A DNA stretch of 64,000 nt, taken from Candidatus Gottesmanbacteria bacterium (GTDB lineage Bacteria; Patescibacteriota; Microgenomatia; UBA10105; UBA927). Below the pieces are notes generated by a model. It searched no databases and had not been told where the DNA came from. It was given only the letters and a program-made list of their open reading frames with translations. This document shows, one piece after another, positions 1 to 9,212 of this stretch; within the stretch, counting starts at the first letter, position 1; each line of letters begins with the position of its first letter. The stretch lies in contig JAHFKN010000006.1 in NCBI GenBank assembly GCA_023245355.1, positions 454 through 64,453 of the forward strand, read 5' to 3'. The position numbers were made by a program, and so were the translations under genes.

Positions 1-146
1 TAACACTGCATATTCTATAAGATGAAGCATTTTGAAAAACAGGAAATTCCATACATATTCCGGCGAAACGGTAACGCTGTGCCTGCTTGAGAGGAAAAAA
101 ATAACCGTCATCCAGAGCACGGAAGGCCCCCACCAGTATATGGTGC

Positions 147-1007
147 TTATAAATCCGGATTCTTTTTTGTTGTGATATGCGTTTTCCATACGTCAGTTTT
201 CTGCAATGAAACGGCCAAAGCCAACAACCCGGTTCCCGTGCCTATTAACAGCAGCGGAAATACCAATGTATTCATGTTGCCCGCTGATTCCGCCGCATCT
301 GTTCCGATGAGGGTTTCTGCCGGACTCACAACAGATGAAGTATCAGACGCAACAGTATATATACCCAGTATATCAGAGACAATGCGCTTCGTCGGTACCC
401 GCGTGGCGGTGCGTGTCATGCCCGACGTGGGTGTATGACTAGGGGCAGCAGTGTGAGACGGTGTGGAAGACGGCGATACTGTTGCTGTCGCAGCGGGCTT
501 CGGAGTTGCCGTCGGAGAGGGTGTTTGTGTCGGCGTCGGAGGAGGTAAACAGGGATCCCCCGTACTGTTTAGACTGCCCGGACTTGCGCTTGCCGTGGCC
601 CACACCTGATTACCGTCTGGCATACGCACAAACGTAATCCCCTCGCCCGGACTTTTTGCATACGAATATGCATCTTCCTCTGTCTGACCGTTTAACAATC
701 TCGCCTTGTCAGAGGATGATTTATTGAAATTGAAATTGCCGCTTACAAAAACTACGCACGCCGACGGAGGAAGAAATGTATTGCTACCGATGCTGTATTT
801 CGTGCTTTCTGAACCCTCGTCATCGAGTACCCAGCCGGAAATATCCACGGCTGCAGAACCGGTATTATACAACTCCACCCACTGGGCGTTTACGGGCTCC
901 ACCGAAAATTCATTGATGACGACGGAAGAAGCGGCGACCCGTGGAAGAAACCAAAACGCGGCAGCAAACGTACCCAGCACTATCCCGACAACACTCCGGC
1001 AGGACAT
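147..1007 (-). CDS. Secreted lamin-tail-domain (LTD) protein with a Pro/Thr-rich linker and a C-terminal hydrophobic anchor
   Basis: N-terminal signal peptide. The stretch VINEFSVEPVNAQWVELYNTGSAAVDISGWVLDD matches the LTD consensus. A long PT-rich low-complexity linker follows. The C-terminus has a hydrophobic segment followed by basic residues (KK). Confidence 0.6.
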   Translation of the reverse strand: MSCRSVVGIVLGTFAAAFWFLPRVAASSVVINEFSVEPVNAQWVELYNTGSAAVDISGWVLDDEGSESTKYSIGSNTFLPPSACVVFVSGNFNFNKSSSDKARLLNGQTEEDAYSYAKSPGEGITFVRMPDGNQVWATASASPGSLNSTGDPCLPPPTPTQTPSPTATPKPAATATVSPSSTPSHTAAPSHTPTSGMTRTATRVPTKRIVSDILGIYTVASDTSSVVSPAETLIGTDAAESAGNMNTLVFPLLLIGTGTGLLALAVSLQKTDVWKTHITTKKNPDL

Positions 1008-1052
1008 GTCGAGAGCAAGTATACCAATGCACCCCGGAAAAATGTGTGAGAT

Positions 1053-2186
1053 TTATTGCACATGGAGGTAGAAGCTGATAAGTCCGCCACCATGATCGAT
1101 ATATTTGATTTTGATAATACTGCTCGTTCCGCAGGACTGGCTGGATGAAAATAAATCTCCGTCGGCCGGGGCACGTATGACTTCACTCCCCGTTGAAACC
1201 ATATCAAAGCCCGTGTGGATACCTCCGGAATAACTATACCGCCATGACCACGGGGTTTTTCCGAAGTGCTGGGTAAGCCGTATCGTATCGGATAGCGGCC
1301 AAGCCCAACTGCCGTTGCCCACACTCCAATCATTTCCGCTATTTTGGTCATCTTTAACCGTTTTATTTTCTAAACGGGACGACGGATCTATCCACGCACC
1401 TCCCTGACGCACCTCGAAATGCAAATGTGCACCGCTCGAGCATCCGGGAAATCCCGTATTGCCGACAAGCGCAATCGGGTCACCTTTTTTTACCGGACCG
1501 ACTTTTACGGAATCGGTAAGCGCGCGTTCCAATGCCTGCTTTTCCGCCAAAGCCTGAGCTAACAGCCGCTGATACACCACTTCACTATTTCTAGTCTGAT
1601 CTAATAACGCCTGTTTCTGCTTTTTCTGACTGGCCAAATCCGCCGTATGTTTTTCCAGCTGTTTCTTAAGCGATTCCTGCTCTGCTTTTTTCGACTCGCG
1701 GACGTCACGGCGGTCGTTATAGTTCATTTGTGTAAGCTGCAGCTGTTTATACAGCGAAGAATCCTCTTCCTGCACCTGGATAAGGTATTTGGCCCTGGCG
1801 AGAAAATCGGAAAAATTTTTGCTCAGCAGGAGTCCGCCGAAATTCGGAGCGTTGGTACGTTTATACGTCTGCGGAATACGGTGAAGTACCAGTTCCAGCC
1901 GTTTGGTTTTGAGATCCTCGAGCCGGCCGATTTCCTGGGTCAACTCACCGATCTCATTATCCAATACTCCGATTTTCCGCTTCGTGTCCTCTATCTGCAA
2001 GGTCGTTAGCTTCACTTGGGAGTCGAGAAGGGTAATTTGTTTGGACAATGTATTCGCCTGAGAATTAAGACTTGCTATCTGTTCCTGATAGACGCGGATC
2101 TTATCTTCTACCGACTCGGCTGATACACGCGAAATTGCCACCAACAATAGCATTACGATAAAAACCGCCTGAAGTATTTTTTTCAT
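1053..2186 (-). CDS. M23 family metallopeptidase with an N-terminal coiled coil (EnvC-like murein hydrolase activator)
   Basis: Signal peptide, long coiled-coil region, and a C-terminal M23 motif (GNTGFPGCSSGAHLHFEV). It lies directly downstream of ftsEX, the classic synteny. Confidence 0.8.
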   Translation of the reverse strand: MKKILQAVFIVMLLLVAISRVSAESVEDKIRVYQEQIASLNSQANTLSKQITLLDSQVKLTTLQIEDTKRKIGVLDNEIGELTQEIGRLEDLKTKRLELVLHRIPQTYKRTNAPNFGGLLLSKNFSDFLARAKYLIQVQEEDSSLYKQLQLTQMNYNDRRDVRESKKAEQESLKKQLEKHTADLASQKKQKQALLDQTRNSEVVYQRLLAQALAEKQALERALTDSVKVGPVKKGDPIALVGNTGFPGCSSGAHLHFEVRQGGAWIDPSSRLENKTVKDDQNSGNDWSVGNGSWAWPLSDTIRLTQHFGKTPWSWRYSYSGGIHTGFDMVSTGSEVIRAPADGDLFSSSQSCGTSSIIKIKYIDHGGGLISFYLHVQ

Positions 2187-2208
2187 GCCAGACTGACAGA
2201 TGTATAGA

Positions 2209-3102
2209 TCACTTCAAAAATCTGCGGAGCGCTATGGAGCTTCCCAACGCTCCCAGACAAAAACCGAGCAACATATTCCCCGCCAGGAAAACGGCCAGGG
2301 ATATAAGAAACGCTGAAGAGGTGAGGCTGGTAAATAATCCGCTGAGCGTCGGTATGGACCCTAAAAAGGTAAATAACTGCGGCCGGAGCCACGCGATGAC
2401 TCCGCTTAAGATAACCGAGGCCACAGCGGCTCCGATAAACCCGTAAAATCCCCCCTCCAGAATAAACGGCGCGCGTATGGTCCACGGAGTGGCTCCTACC
2501 AGCGTCAATATCTCTATCTCATCGCGTTTCATGGCAATCTTCATGGCAATAACCGTTCCGATGATGAGAAGCGAATCCACGACAAGAAGCAATGCAAGCG
2601 TTCCTCCCACCAGACGGATTGCATTGGTCCACGCCAGAAGCGAATCCACGACATCCCGCTGATACACTACCTCATCCACGCCTTCGGATCCGCCGATCAC
2701 TGTTGCCAGTTCCGACAAATACTGCGGATCGGTTGCCGATACTTCCAGTGATGCAGGCAGGATATCCGCCGTCACCATCTCGAGAAGCAGCGGGTCATTT
2801 TGATTTTGCTGCCGGTAGATTGCCAGTGCGTCTTCTTTGGATACATAGTGCGTTCCCGCTACCTTCCCGGTCGCTTCCAGTTTTGCTTTCAGATTATCGG
2901 CTTCCAGTTGTCCTGCTTTGGGGGTGAGAAACACCGTAACCTGCGGTTTGCCTTCGAAATATCCAAGCACCATCACGGAAGCCAGGGTCGCCAGGAAAAA
3001 TACGCCGCCCACAAGAAACGTCAGGAACATGGTCAGTGTTGCGGCCATCGCCTGATACGGACTGCGTCGGATATGTGTACGGACTTCTCTAGTGATTGGC
3101 AT
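2209..3102 (-). CDS. ftsX: Cell division permease FtsX
   Basis: Four-TM FtsX-like topology with a large extracellular loop. It sits downstream of ftsE. The probable start is the internal ATG (MPITREV) at 3102; the long ORF reaches 3177 and would overlap ftsE. Confidence 0.75.
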   Translation of the reverse strand: MPITREVRTHIRRSPYQAMAATLTMFLTFLVGGVFFLATLASVMVLGYFEGKPQVTVFLTPKAGQLEADNLKAKLEATGKVAGTHYVSKEDALAIYRQQNQNDPLLLEMVTADILPASLEVSATDPQYLSELATVIGGSEGVDEVVYQRDVVDSLLAWTNAIRLVGGTLALLLVVDSLLIIGTVIAMKIAMKRDEIEILTLVGATPWTIRAPFILEGGFYGFIGAAVASVILSGVIAWLRPQLFTFLGSIPTLSGLFTSLTSSAFLISLAVFLAGNMLLGFCLGALGSSIALRRFLK

Positions 3103-3820
3103 CGTGTTTCCCCCCTTTGGCAACCGGCTTTGCGTGTTTATCCAGATGATAATGCCCCTTCGCTTCATCGCGGACAATCGCCCCCTGATGAATGGTCAGC
3201 GTCCGCTTTTTCATTTTATTTACGATATCCGCATTGTGACTAGCGATGATAACCGTCGTTCCCAAATCATTCACTTCTTTTAAAATATCCATGATGCCCC
3301 ACGCGGTTTCCGGATCCAGATTGCCCGTCGGCTCGTCAGCAAGCAGAATTTTGGGACCTCCCACAATCGCGCGCGCAATGCTTGTCCGCTGCATTTCCCC
3401 GGCGGAAAGCTGCAGAGGAAACAGATTCCTCTTATCAGCCAATCCGACAAGTTCCAGCACGTTCATGACTCCCTGTTCTATATCGCGCTCCGGCTTGCCC
3501 AAAATCTCGAGCACCATAGCGATATTTTCAAACACCGTGCGGTCCAACAGCAGTTTGAAGTCCTGAAAAACAATGCCGACTTTTCTCCGCAGTAAATGGA
3601 TATTGCCTCCGTTGAACTTGCTGATATCCCCGCTATCGACCGTGATCGTGCCTTTTGACGGAACGAGGTCGCGGATAAGGAGACGGAGAAATGTCGTTTT
3701 GCCGCTCCCGGAAGGACCGATAAGAAACACAAATTCGCCTGCCGGTATTTCTACGGTTACATCAATCAGACCGGGAATTTTCCCCGGATAATATTTGGAG
3801 ACATTATTGAAGGTAATCAT
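3089..3820 (-). CDS. ftsE: Cell division ATP-binding protein FtsE
   Basis: Walker A motif GPSGSGKTT, the ABC signature LSAGEMQR, and Walker [13 protein letters not shown]. FtsE-type length and synteny with ftsX. Confidence 0.85.
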   Translation of the reverse strand: MITFNNVSKYYPGKIPGLIDVTVEIPAGEFVFLIGPSGSGKTTFLRLLIRDLVPSKGTITVDSGDISKFNGGNIHLLRRKVGIVFQDFKLLLDRTVFENIAMVLEILGKPERDIEQGVMNVLELVGLADKRNLFPLQLSAGEMQRTSIARAIVGGPKILLADEPTGNLDPETAWGIMDILKEVNDLGTTVIIASHNADIVNKMKKRTLTIHQGAIVRDEAKGHYHLDKHAKPVAKGGKHDANH

Positions 3821-4305
3821 TCAAGTTCCAACCTGCCTACATCCATAAGCCACGACACTTTTTTGGCTGCAAGCGTTTGACCGCACACTTTTACCTTTAA
3901 CCCGACGTACTGGTCCAGATCGACGATAGATGAGATAAGATATGCTGTTTGAGACGGTCCTCCGTCCCGGATGAGTTTATGCGTTCCTTCTCCTTCGACT
4001 CCGTCTTTTTCGACTTTGCCGCTCGCGCAATCCTTAAACGTCGAAGCGTCCTGGACGCCGACGACTTTGTTGGCCGTAATCGGAGTTCCTGCAGGAGCTA
4101 GCGGACTGCCCGCCGTACCTTTTTGCGAAAGAATGTACCCTGTACCGATACCGAGAAGCAGCAACACAACGTATACGATAACTACGACACGGGCTTCTTT
4201 TTTCACCGCGGGAAGCGGCGGACGTGTATCGGTAGCATCTACAGGACGGAGAACGGTCTGGGGTGCAACGCGTGAAGTAGGTTGTCTCATATACTCCATT
4301 ATCAC
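3817..4305 (-). CDS. Hypothetical single-pass membrane protein
   Basis: The ORF overlaps the ftsE start by 4 nt. It has one N-terminal TM helix followed by a soluble domain. No recognisable motif. Confidence 0.4.
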   Translation of the reverse strand: MIMEYMRQPTSRVAPQTVLRPVDATDTRPPLPAVKKEARVVVIVYVVLLLLGIGTGYILSQKGTAGSPLAPAGTPITANKVVGVQDASTFKDCASGKVEKDGVEGEGTHKLIRDGGPSQTAYLISSIVDLDQYVGLKVKVCGQTLAAKKVSWLMDVGRLELE

Positions 4306-4308
4306 GGC

Positions 4309-5316
4309 TTACGAATATTTTTTCAAGTACGCCAAAATAAAATCTTCCAGATCTCCGTCAAGCACGTGGTCTGTCGCCGACGTTTCGTATTCGGTACGCA
4401 GATCTTTTACCATATGGTACGGGTGCAATACATACGAGCGGATCTGATTGCCCCACCCCGGCGTTTTGTACACGCCACGCAATTCTTTCTGTTCGCTTCT
4501 GCGGCGCGCTTCTTCCACTTCCCACAGTTTGGCACGAAGCATCTTGAGTGCAAACTCGCGGTTCTGACCCTGATACCGTTGCGCCTGACTCGTGATGATA
4601 ATCCCCGTCGGGGTGTGCTTGAGCCTCACTGCAGTCGATACTTTGTTTACGTTCTGTCCGCCTTTGCCGCCGCTCCGGTAGAATTCCCATACCAGATCCT
4701 CTTCTTTGATATCGACTCCCCCTTCTTCCACGATCGGCAGCACTTCCACCATCGCAAATGATGTCTGCCGGAGTTTATCCGCATTAAACGGCGATTGCCG
4801 GACCAACCGGTGAACTCCTGCTTCCGCCTTAAGGAATCCGAATGCGAATCTTCCTGTTACCTCTAACGTGACGCTTTTTATCCCCGCCTCTTCGCCGGGC
4901 GTATAATCCATTTCTTCCATCTTCCAGCCTTTGCGTTCGATGTAGCGGGAGTACATGCGGTAAAGCATCTGTGTCCAGTCCATTGCCTCCGTGCCTCCCT
5001 GACCTGCGTGCAGCGCTATAATGGCATTCCCTTTGTCATACGGCCCCGACAGATAGAGCGCAAACTCCAGTCTGGTGATTTCTGATTTGAGCTGTTCTTC
5101 ATCTCCGAGCTCAAGAAGCAAGGCAAATTCCTCTCCTTCATTGAGTTCTTTCTGGAGAGAAGCCAGTTCCTGCATTTTGCGTCCGGCTGCCTCCGGCTCT
5201 TTCCAGAACCCCTCATGCATGCTTTCCGCTTCCAATTCGCGGATATGTTTACGCATGCCGTCCAGATCCAGCTTGGTCAGCAAAGATGATGCGCGTGATT
5301 TGAGTTCTTCATCCAT
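4309..5316 (-). CDS. prfB: Peptide chain release factor 2
   Basis: GGQ motif (SGGKGGQNVNK) and the RF2-specific SPF motif (RQSPFNAD). The ORF is a single continuous reading frame. Confidence 0.9.
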   Translation of the reverse strand: MDEELKSRASSLLTKLDLDGMRKHIRELEAESMHEGFWKEPEAAGRKMQELASLQKELNEGEEFALLLELGDEEQLKSEITRLEFALYLSGPYDKGNAIIALHAGQGGTEAMDWTQMLYRMYSRYIERKGWKMEEMDYTPGEEAGIKSVTLEVTGRFAFGFLKAEAGVHRLVRQSPFNADKLRQTSFAMVEVLPIVEEGGVDIKEEDLVWEFYRSGGKGGQNVNKVSTAVRLKHTPTGIIITSQAQRYQGQNREFALKMLRAKLWEVEEARRRSEQKELRGVYKTPGWGNQIRSYVLHPYHMVKDLRTEYETSATDHVLDGDLEDFILAYLKKYS

Positions 5317-5365
5317 ATGGGTTATTGCGTTACTGCCGCATGATGTACCGCACTATTGTACCATT

Positions 5366-6130
5366 TCATGCTCCCCCTAAGAGGCGGGAAATCAGAGGAA
5401 CTATCGTTATGCCGACTATCAGCGTAATAACCTGAATCACGGACGTTTTCCCATGGCGTTTCGTCAGAAGCTCCGGAATCAGATCGCTTGCCGCGATATA
5501 AAGAAAGTTTCCTGCGGCAAACGGGACCAGGTATTTTTCAAGATCAGAAAATTGAGCACTGACCAATAACACGAGCAGCGTGCCGACTATCGCCGTCGTC
5601 GCAGAAAGGAAATTAAACAAAAGCGCCCGTTTATTTGAGAATCCCCCGTGAATCAAAATCAGGAAATCACTCAACTCATGTGGAACTTCGTGCGCGATAA
5701 TGGCAATCGTCGTGGTTACACCAAGCGGCAAAGAAATCAGATACGATGCAGCGATGACTGCTCCGTCGGTAAAATTATGTATCCCGTCCCCGATGAGCGT
5801 CAAATAGGCAAGGGGTTTTTCCTCATGATCATGTCTTCCTTCCACGTGATGATGCCACTGAATAATTTTCTCCAGACAAAAAAATGAAATAAATCCTGTC
5901 AGCGTCCAAAAAAATACCCCGTCGGGAAGTAATACGACACCTTCCGGCAATAACTCAAAAAATGTACTCCCTAGCAATACTCCGGAAGAAAACGCAAGCG
6001 TATAGGTAATAATCTGCTCCAATGTTTTACGCTGAATGGAAATAAGAACGGCACCGAGCAGTGATAACAGGCTCACCCCGATAACCGAAATGAGGGCGTA
6101 AAAAGCTGTCATGAACGGCACCTCCTGCAC
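5366..6130 (-). CDS. zupT: ZIP family metal (zinc) transporter ZupT-like
   Basis: Eight-TM profile, the HEVPHELSDF ZIP signature, and a His-rich loop (HHHVEGRHDHEE). Confidence 0.8.
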   Translation of the reverse strand: MQEVPFMTAFYALISVIGVSLLSLLGAVLISIQRKTLEQIITYTLAFSSGVLLGSTFFELLPEGVVLLPDGVFFWTLTGFISFFCLEKIIQWHHHVEGRHDHEEKPLAYLTLIGDGIHNFTDGAVIAASYLISLPLGVTTTIAIIAHEVPHELSDFLILIHGGFSNKRALLFNFLSATTAIVGTLLVLLVSAQFSDLEKYLVPFAAGNFLYIAASDLIPELLTKRHGKTSVIQVITLIVGITIVPLISRLLGGA

Positions 6131-6528
6131 AATCCGAAAAACTCAAGTAAGTGACGCGCGATTTTGACCCCCTGCGTACGCTCTATGGTTTTTTCAAGCG
6201 ACTCTACGTTACATTCCGTTACATCAGTAATACCGCCGCATTTTTCGCACACGAAATGATGATGCCTGGGCTTTGCCGCATACTCGAACCGCTGTTTCCC
6301 CTCATCCAGCTGAACCGGTCTGGCAATCCCCGCTTCGGTATACACACGAAGTATCCTAAACACGGTCGTTTCATCGGCGGGTATATTATGACTGTGAAGA
6401 TATTGAATCACCGTCGAAACATCTACGGGCGTATCCGTATGTTCCAGCACTTCCAGAACTCCTAAACGTGCCGGGGTTATCCTCAGGTCGTTATCGCGCA
6501 GCTCCTCTTTGCAGTCGTGTTGTTTCAT
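6109..6528 (-). CDS. zur: Fur family transcriptional regulator, probably Zur
   Basis: Fur-family winged helix and a metal site (HHHFVCEKCG ... CRRC). It overlaps and is co-oriented with zupT. Confidence 0.75.
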   Translation of the reverse strand: MKQHDCKEELRDNDLRITPARLGVLEVLEHTDTPVDVSTVIQYLHSHNIPADETTVFRILRVYTEAGIARPVQLDEGKQRFEYAAKPRHHHFVCEKCGGITDVTECNVESLEKTIERTQGVKIARHLLEFFGLCRRCRS

Positions 6529-6541
6529 TCATAATCAGTAT

Positions 6542-6558
6542 ATGCAAGTAACTTGCAT
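6542..6558. promoter_or_regulatory. Perfect 17-bp palindrome ATGCAAGTAACTTGCAT in the zur / yibE-F divergent promoter region; candidate Zur/Fur box
   Basis: An 8-1-8 inverted repeat sits 14 nt upstream of the zur start codon. A TACAAT -10 element at 6589-6594 lies 7 nt before the plus-strand ATG at 6602. Confidence 0.5.
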
Positions 6559-6601
6559 TTGTCAACTGAAACGGATTTCACTTCTTGCTACAATACGCTA
6601 T

Positions 6602-7723
6602 ATGTTCCGCGCATTTATCGCCCTTGCTTCAGCAGCATATATAGGGTTTATTCTTCTTGCCTCCCCCGTGTCCGCGCAGGAACCACCGCGCCAGGACACA
6701 TATCACAAAGCCCGGGTTGAAGCAGTGCTGGAAGAGGGCTCCCGCTTTGTAAACGGGCTGGAACTTCCCTATCAGATCGTGAAGGTCAAAATGATGGACG
6801 GAGCACTCAAAGACCGGGAAATCACCATAGAACACGGAACTGTTTTCACCATCGACAAAAGCAAGTTTGTGAGGCAGGGGCAAACGGTCGTGGTCGTACA
6901 GACCTTGGGACCCGATTCGCAACTCCTGTATCAGATTATCGATATATACAGACTCGATACTCTTATCCCGTTTCTTCTCCTGTTTGTAATCTCCGTCATT
7001 ATCTTAAGTCAGTGGCGCGGAGTGGGATCCATTGTCGGCATGGCCATCAGCCTTCTGGTTATCGCGAAATTTATCGTGCCGCAGATATTAGCCGGAAATG
7101 ATCCGCTGATAATCAGTATCATTGGATGTCTGTTCATCATGGTAGTCACGATTTATCTGGCTCACGGATTTTCGCGCCAGACGACCGTCGCGTTGGCAGC
7201 TACATTCATCACATTAGTTATTACCGGAACCATATCGATCATGCTGGTAAAACTCATGCATCTATCGGGACTCGGAAGCGAAGACGCATATTCGCTCAAA
7301 CTCGGCCCGGCAGCACTTATCAATTTCAAAGGATTACTGTTAGGCGGCATATTGATCGGAGCGCTCGGCGTTCTGGACGATGTGACCACGGGACTGACTG
7401 CTTCGCTGTTTGAACTCAACCGCGCAAACATGAAACTTTCATTTACCGAACTTATCCGCGCCGGACTCCGCGTAGGCCGCGAACACGTATCTTCGCTGGT
7501 CAATACGCTTGTCTTGGCGTACGCAGGAGCGTCGCTTCCTATTTTTATCATTCTTATCACCAATCCCAACAACTATCCTCTCTGGTCCACGTTAAACAGC
7601 GAGATGGTCATCGAGGAAATAGTCAGAACTCTCTCGGGAAGTATCGGGCTCATTACGGCTGTTCCGCTTACCACACTCTTTGCCGCATGGTACCTGACCG
7701 CGGCAAAACGTACACAACCATAA
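6602..7723 (+). CDS. YibE/F-like integral membrane protein
   Basis: Signal peptide/TM, a roughly 100-aa extracytoplasmic domain, then 6 or more TM helices including a GALGVLDDV-type motif. The start is taken at MFRAF (6602), not the upstream TTG of the long ORF. Confidence 0.5.
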   Translation: MFRAFIALASAAYIGFILLASPVSAQEPPRQDTYHKARVEAVLEEGSRFVNGLELPYQIVKVKMMDGALKDREITIEHGTVFTIDKSKFVRQGQTVVVVQTLGPDSQLLYQIIDIYRLDTLIPFLLLFVISVIILSQWRGVGSIVGMAISLLVIAKFIVPQILAGNDPLIISIIGCLFIMVVTIYLAHGFSRQTTVALAATFITLVITGTISIMLVKLMHLSGLGSEDAYSLKLGPAALINFKGLLLGGILIGALGVLDDVTTGLTASLFELNRANMKLSFTELIRAGLRVGREHVSSLVNTLVLAYAGASLPIFIILITNPNNYPLWSTLNSEMVIEEIVRTLSGSIGLITAVPLTTLFAAWYLTAAKRTQP

Positions 7724-7724
7724 T

Positions 7725-8102
7725 TTACGGGGCGGGTGGCACGCAAATCTGCGCCCGCAACGACGCTTTGTCTTCCTCGGAAAGTCCGTTGAATTGTTTC
7801 ACCAGCGACTCCAATACCCGCGCGGTGACCGCATGCTGCGCGGATTTTGCGACGGCATCTATGACGATGTTTGTGCCGTTTGTAATCGTCTCCTGCACAT
7901 TCACGGGCCCGGCGTTTTGCTCGTCAGTCACTCCCAAAACCTGCGCCACTCCCTGTCCTGCGGCTGTCTGCAGCACGACCTCACGCACCCGCGTTAATGC
8001 CTCAGGGCGCGGCTGGGTCGTGACGAGCGGCCAGACTAAGCTTGCAACGGACATAACTAAACTTGCACCGATTGCGGCCCCGATAAACTGAAATAGCGGC
8101 AT
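7725..8102 (-). CDS. Hypothetical membrane-anchored protein
   Basis: N-terminal hydrophobic helix plus a soluble domain. The plus-strand alternatives look antisense-like (S/T/C/A-rich). Confidence 0.35.
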   Translation of the reverse strand: MPLFQFIGAAIGASLVMSVASLVWPLVTTQPRPEALTRVREVVLQTAAGQGVAQVLGVTDEQNAGPVNVQETITNGTNIVIDAVAKSAQHAVTARVLESLVKQFNGLSEEDKASLRAQICVPPAP

Positions 8103-8135
8103 ATATGTTTTATTATAGCGCCGGACGCGGGTATA

Positions 8136-8636
8136 ATGGAACACATGATGACAATCCTTGGTGTGGATCCGGGAACAGCACGTATCGGATGGGGGCTGAT
8201 CGAAGAACAGGGCGGAAAAATTACGGCTAAAGCATACGGTTGCATCACCACGGACAAAATAGACTCACAAGCTGAACGGCTGTCACAGCTCTATACCGCG
8301 TTTACCAAACTCCTCAGGACATATAACCCTAAGGAAATGGGGGTTGAGGATCTGTTCTTTGCCACAAACGCAAAAACGGCCATAGCCGTAGGGCAGGCGC
8401 GCGGAGTCATTCTCCTGGCTGCGGCCCAGGCGCATATTCCCGTTTCTTCCTACAGCCCGATGACCGTCAAAAAAACAATCTGCGGCAGCGGATCGGCGGA
8501 CAAAGCGCAGGTGGGGAAAATGATAACCCTGATTTTAAATCTTAAGGAAATTCCCAAGCCCGATGACACGGCAGATGCGCTGGCTATTGCCACAACGCAC
8601 GGTTTCTCGTATAAACTGAAAGCAAAGACATTATGA
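8136..8636 (+). CDS. ruvC: Holliday junction resolvase RuvC
   Basis: ILGVDPGTARIGWG at the N-terminus and the catalytic motif DDTADALAIA. Confidence 0.9.
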   Translation: MEHMMTILGVDPGTARIGWGLIEEQGGKITAKAYGCITTDKIDSQAERLSQLYTAFTKLLRTYNPKEMGVEDLFFATNAKTAIAVGQARGVILLAAAQAHIPVSSYSPMTVKKTICGSGSADKAQVGKMITLILNLKEIPKPDDTADALAIATTHGFSYKLKAKTL

Positions 8637-9199
8637 TCGCCCGCGTAACCGGAACCATTGTCCGCATGCATGTAAATCCGCTCGTACTGGACGTTCACGG
8701 CGTGGGGTATGCCGTCTATGTCCCGCAAAAACTTCTTACGACTCTCACCCTGAATCAGCAGCTCACGGTATATACCCATACCCATGTACGGGAAGATGCG
8801 CTGATGCTGTTTGGATTTTCGTCCGAAGAAGAACTGCTTCTTTTTGAGCTCCTGCTTACCGTTTCCGGCATCGGTCCCAAAACGGGACTGCTTGTATTGG
8901 AACGCGGGGTAGCCGCAATCAGGCGTGCCATCGTCTCATCGGATGTGGAATTTTTTATGGCGGTGCCCCGACTCGGGAAAAAGAATGCTCAAAAAATCAT
9001 CATCGAGCTCAAAAGCAAAGTCGGCAGCACGTCTGACCTGGATCTTTCGGGCGAGGATACCGCGGACACGAAACAAATTATCGACGCGTTGCTTTCCATG
9101 GGATTTGACCGCAAGGAAGCACGCGAGGCGGTCAAAAAACTGCCGGCAGAAGGATCACTGGAAACAAAGATAAAATTTGCGCTTAAAATGCTCGGATAA
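8633..9199 (+). CDS. ruvA: Holliday junction branch migration protein RuvA
   Basis: Starts MIARVTGTI and has the HhH domain (VSGIGPKTG). It has a 4-nt overlap with ruvC. Confidence 0.9.
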   Translation: MIARVTGTIVRMHVNPLVLDVHGVGYAVYVPQKLLTTLTLNQQLTVYTHTHVREDALMLFGFSSEEELLLFELLLTVSGIGPKTGLLVLERGVAAIRRAIVSSDVEFFMAVPRLGKKNAQKIIIELKSKVGSTSDLDLSGEDTADTKQIIDALLSMGFDRKEAREAVKKLPAEGSLETKIKFALKMLG

Positions 9200-9212
9200 T
9201 ATACCGTCGCCC

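Noticed and set aside
172-438. Plus-strand ORFs antisense to the LTD gene. The same applies to many other antisense ORFs in the track, for example 980-1351, 1647-2009, 15441-16154, 20084-20827, 36282-36905 and 41654-42253.
   Set aside because: They lie entirely inside strongly supported genes on the opposite strand or in another frame. Their S/T/C/R/L-rich, low-complexity composition is typical of antisense translation, and they have no motifs.
4309-5316. Programmed +1 frameshift in prfB.
   Set aside because: The sequence at the expected site reads AAG CTG GAT CTG GAC in one continuous frame. There is no CUU UGA and no upstream short ORF.
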